Positions 39,028-52,681 of a DNA stretch of 64,000 bases are shown here, piece by piece. Source of the DNA: Ylistrum balloti. Lineage: Eukaryota. Each line of letters begins with the position of its first letter. Position 1 is the first letter of the stretch. A program made the position numbers and the translations under genes. The notes under the pieces are model-generated. The model saw nothing but the letters and a program-made list of their open reading frames with translations, was not told the origin of the DNA and made no database searches. The stretch spans positions 124,001-188,000 of the forward strand of contig NW_026782467.1 in NCBI RefSeq assembly GCF_031769215.1, given 5' to 3'.

Positions 39028-40235
39028 ACATTACAAGAATAACTGAACACTGACAAAAAAATCGAAAGAAACCGAACAAATGAACGTCTTTCTAGAATGC
39101 TTAGAAAAAATTGTTTAAATTCCTAAAGATAATATTATACCAATACTAACATATTTGTGCTGTAACATTATACCATTAGCAAAAATAGCATTTTTATCGT
39201 TTGTATACCTGATGCATGAGTAACATCACTGTGATATTGCTCTGAGACACCAATATAAAATCATTGTAAAGTATAACAACTCCTGATGGTTGTATCTCTT
39301 TTGTGGAAGGTTTGGTATTTGTAATCATCTGTGGGCTATTGGTTGCTATGGGCAAAATCGTGACCTGAACTGACCTTAGTGTTGATGAACTCCTGTATCA
39401 TATCTTTAAGCAGTAGCACTTAGCAACAGTAGTGTTAATACTTATACCATTTTGTATTAGTAAGTGAATATTGTGAATAGATAATGAACATACTGTGTTT
39501 CTGTGTGTTTCTATTTCTAGGTTTTATGCCAATAATTAATAAGCTCGTCCCATGACAATTATCGTTGTACCTCAACAACCATTCATCTATGTTGTGTTCC
39601 AGAATCTATACAATGTTCTACCTTTTTATAGACCTTCGTTTTCCCGGTGAACCGAGGCCAGTAGCGAAGGTAATGACCGATACAGCCTATTTTACACGTG
39701 CTTTACACAACGAGTGTGGTAGTAGACCCTACCGCCGGCAAAGTAACCATGATGGATGAGATTCTCAATGAACACACGCTGATTCCAGGGTCTAATTGAA
39801 ATGTCCCGATCACCCTGACGGACGATGGGGTGCATGGATGTATGCATTACGACCTAGCTTCCAACAGGTATATCTAAGAGTACACACCTATATTGTTATA
39901 TTCAAATCTATTTCAACTGAGGTTCAAGATAGCCACTTGTACACCGACGTCGTTTCCAGATATCATTGAGATGAAAGGGAAAATGATTGTAGCCAGCTGT
40001 TCATTGGTACATTCTGCTTGCTGGAAGTATACATTAATATATATACTCTGACAAATATCTGTGAATAGTCTACAGGAGGTCCCTGTTATTGACGGGTTTT
40101 CAACTTACAACGCTTACATTGTTTGTTGGCCTGGGATTGTCGAGTAATCACACATACGTGATATGACGAACGATTCACTACAAATGCAATTTATATTGTA
40201 TATGACAACGGAACTCGACACACTCTTTTTTATAA

Positions 40236-40390
40236 GTCATAAAACGCCGAACCAAAGTGACATCTTTTGTCGGGATATTTCGCTACGTCATAAAACGCCG
40301 AACCAATTTGACATATTTTGTCGGGACATTTTGCTACGTCATAAAACGCCGAACCAATGTGACATGTTTTGTCGGGACATTTCGCTACAC
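40236..40390. repeat. 51-bp tandem repeat, 3 copies
   Basis: Unit gtcataaaacgccgaaccaaagtgacatcttttgtcgggatatttcgctac; 17-aa periodicity in ORF 40163-40459. Confidence 0.93.
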
Positions 40391-41902
40391 CATATGACGT
40401 TGAAACCTACATTAACTTCTACACCAAGTGATTCACTAAACGTTGTCATTTTGAAATAACAGACGAGTCGAAAAAATCCTATTTATCTCAAAGCAGTTAA
40501 TACAGAAACAACCCTACCTTACCTTACCTTGAAATGAACAGACTAGTAAAGTGCTATATTTAGATTCATTTGACAGACAGTAGGATACTCAATATAGAAA
40601 TGCTTTTGGCTGTTGCTAAACAACAAACCGATCTAAAAACACTTGAGAGGAGAGTTGTGACGAGCCCTAATGTAGAGCATATTTGACTTAGGGCGTAACC
40701 ATGCGTCTAATTCACTTTTAAGAAACGTTACGTGTTCTTCACGGGACTTTTTTGTATTCAAGAGAAGATTACCCTTTATGTTTTGACGGTAATAAGATCA
40801 AACTGATCCTATTGTTAGGAATGAAAGGGCCATTTTGAATGGCTTTATTTCACACATCTATAGACAAAGCGTGTAAACTGATGGATATTGATCTATATTT
40901 GTGTTAGTATCAAATAAATAAAGCCTTATAATCGCTCTCAGTTCGTGAATATCGACACGGCGGCTTTTAAATTACGCCACCCAAATCACGCGGGCAATTT
41001 AGGGGCAAATATCGGTCCATTTTCAGTCATCTCCAATGTTTATTTAGATAAACCGAGCAAAATTACTTCCGTAATATTGTTATGTTGTGTAATAGAAATG
41101 GACCATTTCATCTTTTTGTAAGGAATGAGGTTGAGAAAAATGTGCATGTGATATATATGAAGAATGTGCCTTTTAATGTTTATCAATAAAACATTCCAAG
41201 AGATGTTCTTGCTCTGAATCAAAAGTAAAATTAGTTAGTTGAAGTTGCATATTGCAACCCCACCCTTCTCTTGGCCACAAGGTGGAGCTGCAGGCATCCT
41301 ACGCTGTACTTCCTTCTGTGTTACACGTGCTGACGCGAATGATGTCAGATATTATCTATGAACTTGTTTTGACATTTATTAAGCCAGTGTTATAAGTGTG
41401 ATCTGAGATTGGCAGAGAGGATACAAACATTCTTCATATATCTTTATAGAAAATCATGACTATCAGTCTTCAATCTTGAAGGTTTAGTAACACTTTTACT
41501 TGTTTTGTGTGATATCACCACACAGACACGACCCGCGTAAGAACATTCCTTACATAAGTAAATTTGTAGATACATGTGCACTTCCTGATGTGTGCTACAA
41601 TTTATTACTGATCCTCGTAACCACATTTATTTATGATTTACTAATTATATCTTTTAAAACGTGTTATTTTTCATAATAAAAAAAACAGATAGGGTGGAGA
41701 GTAATACCGGATATCTATTCTAATCCATCTTGAAACACATTTGAACAATTGACAGAATGCGGAAACGTGCAAACCTCTTGCTAAGTAAATAAACAGCAGT
41801 TATGGGTTGTTCAAATGCAAAGGATATCTTTGTAAAGATCTGTCTTCTGTGTAAAACGCCTGTAAATTGTTCAAAAAGACACAAACATGATTAGCATTTT
41901 CC

Positions 41903-42006
41903 GATACAAATTAAGAGTTAGATACAGTAGAGCCAAACAAAAACAAAAAATCAAAGTCGTTTCGTCCTTCTAGAGCATAAATTTCAAAATCTGGCGACTG
42001 AGGAAA
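41903..42006 (-). ncRNA. Truncated member of the hammerhead-containing repeat family
   Basis: The minus strand reads ctagaaggacgaaacgact...gtttggctctactgtatctaactcttaatttgtatc: the 3' half of the ribozyme plus the shared 3' flank. The CTGAnGA core is missing. Confidence 0.7.
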
Positions 42007-42857
42007 ATTCAAAGTTATAAAAAATGATAAAATCTTGTTGAGAGATGGTATCGCCCATATTTCAATAACTGCTGTAGTTTTCATGTATCTGATAATTTAA
42101 AAACAAATATTTCAAGTACATGTGTAGATTCGAAAACAAGCCACTATCCGAATAAATTAAAACTTAGAATGCAGGTTTTATAAAAATACTCGAATACAAT
42201 ACATTGTACTACGCGCTACTTTCCAGCAATCAACGGTATCAAATCATCCCGCTTTTTCACTTGTTGATGTTGAATATTTTTCCTAAAAAAGTACAAGAAA
42301 CAGAATTCGATGTAGTGATACACTAATACAATTCGTGATACACTGAAGCATCATTTCACTGATAACTCGCCGGTAACGACTCTCCAGTGACACGTTTATC
42401 TAGAGTTTTACAGAATTCTATGTGAATTTGCGGCATTTAAGTGCTTGCCTGTACAATATATGTGGTCTTTCTGCAGGAGTATATGTAACGGTCCCAATCA
42501 ACACTGAAATCGACTACATAGTATTGCCAATGAAAGCTATTTCAGTTTTCATCGTAGACAGAAACCATTGAAACAATGTCTATTTTTCTAATTTAATTTT
42601 CTGATTTAAATGTTTAAGAAGTTCTCTAAAGCAGATTCTCTATAATGTAAATAAAAGAATCTACAAAATAAAGGAAATTGGTTTATAAATGATATCAAAT
42701 ATCAATTTATTTGTTCATTGGTAAATATATTCTTAAAAGATTATTAAGATTATCATTTGACCTTTTTAGAACATATCTGATTTAATGGGCTGTTAAAGCT
42801 ATCGTCTAATTTTGTAACATTGTTGTGTGAATATACTATTAATACTTTCGTCTGTCT

Positions 42858-43570
42858 TTTTATGACATTATCGTTCGGTTGGTCGTTAGATTTTATGTCT
42901 ATCGTTTGTCTTTATGTCTATCGTTGTCTTTATGTCTATCGTTTGTCTTTATGTCTATCGTTGTCTTTATGTCTATCGTTTGTCTTTATGTCTATCGTTT
43001 GTCTTTATGTCTATCGTTGTCTTTATGTCTATCGTTTGCCTTTATGTCTATCGTTGTCTTTTTATGACATTATCGTTCGGTTGGTCGTTAGATTTTATGT
43101 CTATCGCTTGTCATTATGTCTATCGTTTGTCTTTATGTCTATTATTGTCTTTATGTCTATCGTGTGTCTTTATGTCTATCGTTGTCTTTATGTCTATCGT
43201 TTGTCTTTATGTCTATCGTTGTCTTTATGTCTATCGTTTGTCTTTATGTCTATCGTTGTCTTTATGTCTATCGTTGTCTTTATGTCTATCGTTTTTCTTT
43301 ATGTCTATCGTTTGTCTTTATGTCTATCGTTTTTCTTTATGTCTATCGTTGTCTTTATGGCTATCGTTTGTCTTTATGTCTATCGTTGTCTTTATGTCTA
43401 TCGTTGTCTTTATGTCTATCGTTGTCTTTATGTCTATCGTTTGTCTTTATGGCTATCGTTGTCTTTATGTCTATCGTTTGTCTTTATGTCTATCGATTGT
43501 TTTTTTTATGACATTATCGTTCGGTCTGTATTTAAACCTATTGATCGACTCTTTATAGCATTATCGTTCG
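42858..43570. repeat. 18/19-bp minisatellite with an interspersed longer cassette
   Basis: Unit gtctttatgtctatcgtt(t). The cassette atgacattatcgttcgg(ttggtcgttagat) occurs at 42862, 43064 and ~43509. Confidence 0.95.
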
Positions 43571-44445
43571 GTCTGTATTTAACACTACCGATTGATTTAA
43601 TGTAATGAGAGGTCAGTACTACCATTTGAATGTTTACAACATAGTTTGACACTTACTAACACCTAGTTTAATGGGTCATTAAATTTGTCGTTTGACTTTT
43701 CATTACAACATTTTTTAGTTGTCTGTCGTTTGGCTTTTCATTACAACATTGTTTAGTTGTCTGTTTGACCTTTCATCGATATTGTTCCAATGGGCCGTTA
43801 AGAGTACATTTTGCACATTATAACATCATTACATTGGTAGTCATTTAAAACTACTTTTTTGATTCCATGTTGTTTTTGTGAATCAATAAAGAAAAATATG
43901 TCGAACTGGTTTGAAATGGTTTTCATCAAGGCCATCTGTCACTCACCGTTTGCAAACAATATCGATTTACGCTGAGCTATTCGAGAAAGTTCTCAAGTTA
44001 AAAACCATTGACTGGTTTTATTACACAATACAGGTGAGTAAAACACCCACTCATTGTTAGTAATCGTTGTTTAACAAAAAGGTAATTTAATAGTAATCAT
44101 TTGGTGATCTTTCTGTAACATTACTTTAGGAAAATGTCCCTACTCTGAGAGGTAGTATAGGCTGAATCTGAAAAATCAATGTCTGCGTTCCTTAGTACAG
44201 GATAATACTACGCGACTTTGATCTGAATTGCAATCGATTTCTCTAAAAATATTGTCACATTATATCAAGTCTGAAAAACATAAAATGTCTGGACAAAAAC
44301 AACAAATAGTTAAGGAGCATTTTCAATTCTAATTTATATTACTATGATATAAGACTATAAATCAATCAATTACGGTTTGATTTGCATAACTTCTAATGGT
44401 TTTAATGTACCCGATGATAAATAATGGAAACCGTGATGGCCTATT

Positions 44446-44766
44446 GTGTAGGTCCACGTCCCACAACACTGACGTTGGTTGGTGAGACAATGCCCAGTGA
44501 TAGGGCAAGTCAAGAAGATGACAAGCTGTAACCAAACAACCAACCATGGACTATTTTGTAGGTCCACGTCCCACAACACTGACGTTGGTTGGTGAGACGA
44601 CGCCCAGTGATAGGGCAAGTCAAGAAGATGACAAGCTGTAACCAAACAACCAACCATGGACTATTTTGTAGGTCCACATCCCACAACACTGACGTTGGTT
44701 GGTGAGACGACGCCCAGTGATAGGGCAAGTCAAGAAGATGACAAGCTGTAACCAAACAACCAACCT
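44446..44766. repeat. 110-bp tandem repeat, about 3 copies
   Basis: caacactgacgttggttggtgagac at 44464, 44574 and 44684. Confidence 0.95.
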
Positions 44767-47700
44767 GTTTTTCCGAGGTAGCCAAAAACTCGAGAATATA
44801 AGGACATTACAAAATCATGAGAATAGACATGTAGTCACTTACATAATTAAACCTGCAATCGCAATAAGCCGCCCCTTATTTCCGAGTTTTTAGGGTATGG
44901 TACAAGCTATCATTGCGTATATCACAGACGTAACTTCCTCCCCATCGATATAATACTCTACCAAGTCAGACGTCGGCCTAATAACATATATTTTACCCTT
45001 TAAAATAATTGTGGTGAACGCCTGATACCACAGTTTGCCCGTTTAACCGTTCGACGACATAATTCATCATTCATGAACATCATACTTATTTCGTTTCTTA
45101 TGATTTGTAACCGGCCATGTTTGATGACGGAAGCCAACAAACTAATACCTAATTGTTACCAGTCAGACCGTCTTATAGATAGAACTTTATCCAGTTTCCA
45201 GCTCTCCATATTAAAGTCGATTACTGGTATCACCCGTCTACGAACTATAAACTTATAAGTAAACCAATTTAAGACGCAGAAAATATTACAAAACAGGCTG
45301 TTTCATTGCAATACAGATTGCCTACGTATCAGCTTGTATGACCTTCGGCAAGTACAAACCGACAATTCTCAAGACATGAAAGTGTGTTAAATTGATCTTA
45401 CTCCCTTGTAGATATGAAAGTCACAACAGGTCCCATCTAAGAAAACCAAGATTCTCTCAGAGAAGATGTAATTTTTTTGTGCATGTGGAAGGTAGGTGCA
45501 CAGAACAAATAAATGCTATAGTTAGGTCACACAATGTAATTTCTGTCGCCAACGTGAAAACAAAAACACATCAATAGATTAGTTAAACTACATACCTTAT
45601 TACTTTTGTTCTGGTACCGAATTGTTCTGTGTAGATATTGATTCTACAAAATCCGTATGTAAAAACAATATATGTTTTTTTTTTAATTTCTATTTCATTA
45701 CCTTTTTATTCATTGTTCTGAAATTGCACTAGGTATTGTTATGTTTCTTACAATCAAATAACATCTGTCGCTATTTTATTATGATATTCCGTTGCGGTAA
45801 AGAAGCATTCTGCTACAACACGTAAATGTCGATTTATCATCAAAGAGTTTGGCAGAGAGTGTCTGATGGTCACTAATTTACACATCTTCTGTCGAGTGTC
45901 AACACTGTAGATAAATAATTGACAGCAATAACCAGTCCTATAATTAAATTGACAGCGGGGTGTGGAATTCAGTTTGTAAACAAGTCACATCAAGTTCACA
46001 TTGGGACGAGTACATGACTTTAGAGTACACTAGAGCACGTGACATCTGTATTCTATATAGAACTTATAAATCAGAAAAGGAATATAATTATAGAAATATG
46101 TCTGCTCCATTTATGCTTTGAACATTCCGTAGAAAAGTTTGCAATAAGAATCCAATGTGCCCAGCAAGTTGCATGCTCTGACACGTATTTTTAGTGTAAC
46201 TTTTAGGATACAAATGCAAACAAGTCTGAATTCACACCATCTGGTAAGGCACAGGTATCACAACGGCTACACTTTTCTTCTTCTACTTCTGAGACGGACG
46301 AGTATCATATCATAAACGGAAAAAGTATTGTCAAGAACTGTAAACATGACTTCCTCTTTATCAGTGAAGACAGAGATGAACGATGGTAGTTCCCCAACAG
46401 ACCGGGAGATTTGGCGGCTGCTTTAGAGAAAAGAGACTGTCTTAAACCAGGTATCTAGGTCCCTCCATTCTATCTGTAGAGATTTAAGTGGCTATATGAT
46501 AAATCGGGACGATATGATCTTGTGAGACAAGAATCGGGGTAGAACGTTTTGACAGCCATGCCACATCCGTTACCTTAACATGTCAGACAGAATATCCCCG
46601 CGTTGATAAACTTTGTACGGAAGATGCGGAGAGTGCAAGATGGATAGAGAGAGGTTCCATTTCCATCTTGTATTTTTCGAATGTTTTATTTCTAATCCTT
46701 GATATCACGATCGAACTCTAGTACACAATTTGAATATATGTCAGATAGTAGCGTTCATAGAATGTACGTACAATGTAAAAATGAAAATTTCTAATTCCTA
46801 AATCAATTCTTGGCATGTCCTATTTTTTCAGATTTTCAAATATTTCAAAAATACAAATTAGTGAAATAGGAAACAATGTACATAAATATCAGTCTGTTTG
46901 AATCTTCCTGGATCTGTCATATATCTTATGATGCGGAAAGAGATGCACCGGCTTCATAAATTAAGTTACCGGTGGAATTTCCTTCCCTGCAAACGTAAAT
47001 AATGCACACATCGCTGCCATTTCGAGAACCATTTGCCACTGGCCATGAATTGTTCAGGACAGAATTGTTCCCTTACGTATAAAATGAATATCGTCCGAGA
47101 CGACCGTGCCTCGCCTCGGTCATATTTATAGCTCGGATATAAAACTGCAGAGATAAACACCGGTTATCGCCTTCATGGATAATTAACCGCAACAGGGGGT
47201 TCCGAGTAGATCGTATGGAAAGACTATGGAAATGGAAATCACGAACGGAAATTCCAAAATTGACATAATGCTTATGCAACAACTGTTAGTTTGAAACTTC
47301 GTTTTTGTATCAGCATTGTTCTCAATACTTTCCACATATCTCTAAAAGTGGTTACGACATAAAAACCAACATTAAAAACAGTATATGTGTGAATGAGAAA
47401 GAATGGTAGAACATCGGAAATAGGAAATGTATGATTCATACAGCTGCTTTGATTTATTGAGTCACTACAGAAATCGGGAAAATAAAGGCTCTGTCGCTGG
47501 GATGTTACACCATCATCAGATCAAATCGGTACACATACAGAAGGTCAAAATGTCGTTTTCCATTCATATCAGGAGACACACAATGGTCATACTTTAAAAA
47601 TGACCATTCTGCAATCTATAGTGAGGTACAGAGTAAACCGAATATTAAGAAGACGTTTGTATTCAAATACCCGGGAATGTCTTGGTTAAACATTGCTTCT

Positions 47701-47830
47701 ATATATATGTACTTGACGTTGTTCTAAAATTATCTGATATATGAAAATTGCAAAGTTTATCTAATTTTTTGGGCAAGTGCATCTCTCTGTCTAGATGTTG
47801 ACTCCTAGGTTTCAAAATTTTGGACCCTTA

Positions 47831-47919
47831 GCGTCACTGACGAGTACTAAAAGGACGAAACAGCTGTATGATGTAGCATCACTGATGAGTACTAAAAGGA
47901 CGAAACAGCTGTATGATGC
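47831..47919 (+). ncRNA. Tandem dimer of 45-nt minimal type-I hammerhead ribozymes (best-preserved copies)
   Basis: GCGTCA-CTGACGA-GTAC-TAAAA-GGAC-GAAA-CAGCTG-TA|TGATG-TA-GCATCA-CTGATGA-GTAC-TAAAA-GGAC-GAAA-CAGCTG-TA|TGATGC. Both cores are intact. Stem I of the second unit is a perfect 6 bp (GCATCA/TGATGC); stem II has one A-G mismatch. Predicted cleavage after 47868 and 47913. Confidence 0.88.
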
Positions 47920-48608
47920 ATTTTTCTTGTTTTCGTCTACTGTATGTAACTATAAATTTGTATTAAAAGGTGTTATTCACTTGTGTCTTTTGTACAATGC
48001 TCTATTGCTAACAGAGAATATCCTGGATATCCTCTAAACTCTGTGATATAAAAAGACAATGGATTGCTCATTTACATATATTAAAACAAGTCATATCCAA
48101 ACATTGACAGAAATTATCTGTGTTCTGTGACTGAATTTTTCTATTTTGTTATGTTACATCCCTTATCGCCAAGCTAAACATCGATCTACCGCCTCGTCAT
48201 TTAGAATCCATATCTTTATTAATCATAATCACAGCTTCTGTACTTTGTATCTTCAACGAGCCAATTAAATTCAGAGCATTGCCCTACAGAATTGTAAAGA
48301 TTATAAGATACCCATAACTAATAAAATCAGTTTTACGGAGATAACTTACTGATTTTAGGCAACAGCCATTCTTTCTCACCAATATGGAGAAGGTAATCAC
48401 TGTAAACGACAGTTAATGTCCATGTTTGGTGTTAAAGACGTTTCCTTTCCATAAACAGTGGTAAAGTTACTATGTCTTTGTTTCAGATATCTCTTGTCAT
48501 AGGGACTGACATTTTTTCTTCCAATTTTCGTATCCTCCTCCCCGCGGCCTCTGTATCCCCCTCCCCGCAGCATCTCTCCGCCTCTCCTAAGTTTCAAAAT
48601 TCAGCATA

Positions 48609-48652
48609 GCATCACTGACGAGTTTTATAAGGACGAAACAGATGCATGATGC
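48609..48652 (+). ncRNA. Single minimal hammerhead motif, probably inactive
   Basis: GCATCA-CTGACGA-GTTT-TATAA-GGAC-GAAA-CAGATG-CA-TGATGC. Stem I is perfect, but the cleavage triplet is GCA instead of GUA. It shares the family flanks (48584-48710). Confidence 0.78.
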
Positions 48653-49496
48653 AATTTAAAATAATTCATAATTTGGCTCCACTGCATCTTAATCTAATTT
48701 TGTATCAAAAGTGCGATTCACTTGTTTAATTCTTCCTTCAGTTTTAACTAGCCTATGTGTAGGTAAATGAATGTTTTACTGGATACAATAACGCCTATAG
48801 TAGAACTGTGTCTGAAGATATCAGAGCATGACTACTAAACTCATGGATGGTTCGTATGTACAACCTCAAGGTATGTACAACAGCACTTAACAAAGAAAAC
48901 ACGTGAATCAGGAATAAAGGTTTTATAATGGCTTAAAATTTGTGGTGTTATTGACTTATATAAATGCACATAAAATACACTTTTACATTACATTTATATA
49001 TATAAGTGAACAGCTACATGAAGAAAAGAACAGTGTAGATTTATCGAAAGTATAGACATTGATAAAGCGAACAGTATATAGAGAGGCAGCTAGAAATAGA
49101 AAGACGAATTATACCTGTACGGTCACCAAAAAACAGATGCCCACCAGCACCACTAACCCACATTCCGTCAGACGGGACAGAAAATGGTGGTCAGTGTGAA
49201 GATGGCAAACGTGATCTCTCTGTGGCTTTTCGAAAAAGAGCAGGCGCGATAACGTCAGCCCAGAGATTAGAGCTAGGTTAGGAATGTGGATTATTTATTC
49301 AATTATTTTGACGGACTTAATAAATATCATCAACATGTCAGAATTTATCTAGTTTAGAATCATCTTCCTCTTCCTCCCTGTCCATAACCAATCATCTTGC
49401 TGCGACGTGTTCAGTGTTAGATTTGGTCTACAATTAGGGCAGGGTGTTGCCTTCTAAATTATAGTTTAAGAACAGGTCAAGAAGCATAGACGGCCC

Positions 49497-51268
49497 CTCT
49501 CTACCTCTTCTCTGTATCCCACTCTCTACCTCTTCTCTGTATCCCACTCTCTACCTCCTCTCTGTATTCGACTCTCTACCGCCTCTCTGTATCCCGCTCT
49601 TTACCTCCTCTCTGTATCCCACTCTTTACCTCTTCTCTGTATCCCACTCTCTACCTCCTCTCTGTATTCGACTCTCTACCGCCTCTCTGTATCCCACTCT
49701 TTACCTCTTCTCTGTATCCCACTCTCTACCTCCTCTCTGTATTCGACTCTCTACCGCCTCTCTGTATCCCGCTCTTTACCTCCTCTCTGTATCCCACTCT
49801 CTACCTCCTCTATGCTACCCACTCTCTACCTCCTCTCTGTATCCCACTCTCTACCTCTTCTGTGTATCCCACTCTCTACCTCCTCTCTGTATCCCACTCT
49901 CTGCATCCTCTCTGTATTCCACTCTCTGCCTCTTCTCTGTATCCCACTCTCTACCTCTTCTCTGTATCCCACTCTCTACCTCCTCTCTGTATCCCACTCT
50001 CTACCTCCTCACTGTATCCCACTCTCTGCCTCCTCTCTGTATCCCACTCTCTACCTCCTCTCTGTATCCCACTCTCTGCATCCTCTCTGTATTCCACTCT
50101 CTGCCTCCTCTATGTATCCCACTCTCTGCATCCTCTCAGTATCCCACTCTCTACCTCCTCTCTGTATCCCACTCTCTACCTCCTCTCTGTATCCCACTCT
50201 CTGCCTCCTCTCTGTATCCCACTCTCTGCATCCTCTCTGTATTCCACTCTCTGCCTCTTCTCTGTATCCCGCTCTTTACCTCCTCTCTGTATCCCACTCT
50301 CTACCTCCTCTCTGTATCCCACTCTCTGCATCCTCTCTGTATTCCACTCTCTGCCTCTTCTCTGTATCCCACTCTCTACCTCTTCTCTGTATCCCACTCT
50401 CTACCTCCTCTCTGTATCCCACTCTTTACCTCCTCTGTATCCCACTCTCTACCTCCTCTCTGTATCCCACTCTCTACCTCCTCTCTGTATCCCACTCTCT
50501 GCCTCCTCTCTGTATCCCACTCTCTACCTCCTCTCTGTATCCCACTCTCTGCCTCCTCACTGTATCCCACTCTCTACCTCCTCTCTGTATCCCACTCTCT
50601 ACCTCCTCTCTGTATCCCACTCTCTGCCTCCTCTCTGTATCCCACTCTCTACCTCCTCTCTGTATCCCACTCTCTACCTCCTCTCTGTATCCCACTCTCT
50701 ACCTCCTCTCTGTATCCCACTCTTTACCTCCTCTCTGTATCCCACTCTCTACCTCCTCTCTGTATCCCACTCTCTACCTCCTCTCTGTATCCCACTCTCT
50801 GCCTCTTCTCTGTATCCCACTCTCTACCTCCTCTCTGTATCCCACTCTCTACCTCCTCTCTGTATCCCACTCTCTACCTCCTCTCTGTATCCCACTCTCT
50901 ACCTCCTCACTGTATCCCACTCTCTACCTCCTCTCTGTATCCCACTCTCTACCTCCTCTCTGTATCCCACTCTCTGCCTCCTCTCTGTATCCCACTCTCT
51001 ACCTCCTCTCTGTATCCCACTCTCTGCCTCCTCTCTGTATCCCACTCTCTACCTCCTCTCTGTATCCCACTCTCTGCCTCTTCTCTGTATCCCACTCTCT
51101 ACCTCCTCTCTGTATCCCACTCTCTACCTCCTCTCTGTATCCCACTCTCTACCTCCTCTCTGTATCCCACTCTCTACCTCCTCTCTGTATCCCACTCTCT
51201 GCCTCCTCACTGTATCCCACTCTCTACCTCCTTTCTGTATCCCACTCTCTACCTCTTCTCTGTATCCT
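49497..51268. repeat. 25-bp pyrimidine-rich minisatellite, about 71 copies
   Basis: Unit ctctctacctcctctctgtatccca. The 25-aa repeat in ORFs 49812-51341 equals 3 units. Confidence 0.97.
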
Positions 51269-52640
51269 AATCTCTGCCAGTGCTTCCTATATTTCCCTTC
51301 TGCTCATTTTTCTATCCTTCTCCTCCACTGAATGGCCGTAATAGTATACGAAAAAACCCGTTTAGTAGATAAATAACATGTTATATAAAACAGCTGACAA
51401 TAAATACTTATAAGGTGAATCTGTAATGATGCTGTACATTTATATTGCAGTATTTAATGTCGCAGTCATGGATTTAATCTTGAATTCGTAAATTTACAAC
51501 TGAGTGACTACAAAAATAAAACGAGCGCGTTGTTGTATGATTGGAGTACAGTGTGCTGAGTGTATGAACCGCTGTGTAATGTATATACCAGTACATGTAA
51601 CACATCATAACGTCACGTATACCCACGCCAAAGTATACAAGGAACGTCAATGTTGTCAAATAAGAATTTGACGTTTTACGGCAGCTTACTGCGAACGCCC
51701 TAGACTTAAATGTCAGCACAAACAACGGTCCTTGTGTGTAAATTTACAGAGTACAAAACAAAAACTCAAAAAATAAAAACACGATCCATGCTGCTATCAC
51801 ATTTGAAAAGTGTTAGTATGTTTCTTCGAAACAATAAAAAAGTCCCGCGTGCGCACGCGATCGCCTTTGGCTAGACAGCTATGTTCATTCTATTGCAGTA
51901 TACATGATACATATGATACATATGGAGCAGGTGTAATGCGATTCCGGTGGAAAGATAATTCTGTCCTGTTTAATCTAATGCCCATGACATGCATGGTAAA
52001 GTCAAAAACATTCGCATGGTAGTTTGCACGTGTGCCGTACAATGACTCTATGGACAATGGACCAATAGATACTAGCCCCTTATTTGGGCAAAAGAACACT
52101 CTAATGATAAACATTGGTCAATAACCAACTACCAGTAACCAAGGACGATAAACTAGGCCATAAAATATCCGAAACGCTGTGTCCTCACGGCTACGAAATA
52201 TTTGAAGGGTGTATCAAAAGTCGTTCCTGATTCACATTTACGTTGCTCCTGGGCTCATTTATTGTATTGGTTTATTTTGGTTGATAAACTTTTTCTTGTT
52301 TGCATTTAATTTACATAAATGTCTTAAAGGACCGGAATCCGAATAGAATTAACAAGAAAATAAAGGACCTTAATTTGGCAGCCTTTATTCTGTTCTAATC
52401 TGTAGCAGTTATTGCTGCGAAAATTACGTAAACTAGAACAAAACTGTTTTAACACGTTACTGAAATTGTCAAAACTTTTCTCCAAGACATATTGTACATA
52501 CCTTGATGTTCGATTCTATTGGAGAATTACAGACCTGATTTGGTATCCCAAACATGGACTGTACAAAACGTACACAAATGAATAGCGCCTTCCAATACAA
52601 ACTTAGTTAGATACAGTATAGCATAAACGTGAATTAAATT

Positions 52641-52681
52641 GCATTATATAGCCGTTTCGTCCTTCTAGGACTCAGTGATGC
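52641..52681 (-). ncRNA. Minimal hammerhead motif with a 3-nt core deletion
   Basis: Minus strand GCATCA-CTGA-(nGA deleted)-GTCC-TAGAA-GGAC-GAAA-CGGCTA-TA-TAATGC. Stem II is perfect, and the shared 3' flank ctgtatctaactaagtttgtatt is present. Confidence 0.75.

Noticed and set aside
42820-43605. Hydrophobic 131-261-aa ORFs
   Set aside because: They are artefacts of the 18/19-bp repeat.
48549-48562. ctctgtatccc echo of the 25-bp minisatellite near a hammerhead copy
   Set aside because: An 11-bp low-complexity match that could be chance.
49812-51341. 509-aa and 489-aa ORFs
   Set aside because: They are translations of the 25-bp minisatellite and are open in several frames; no domain is present.
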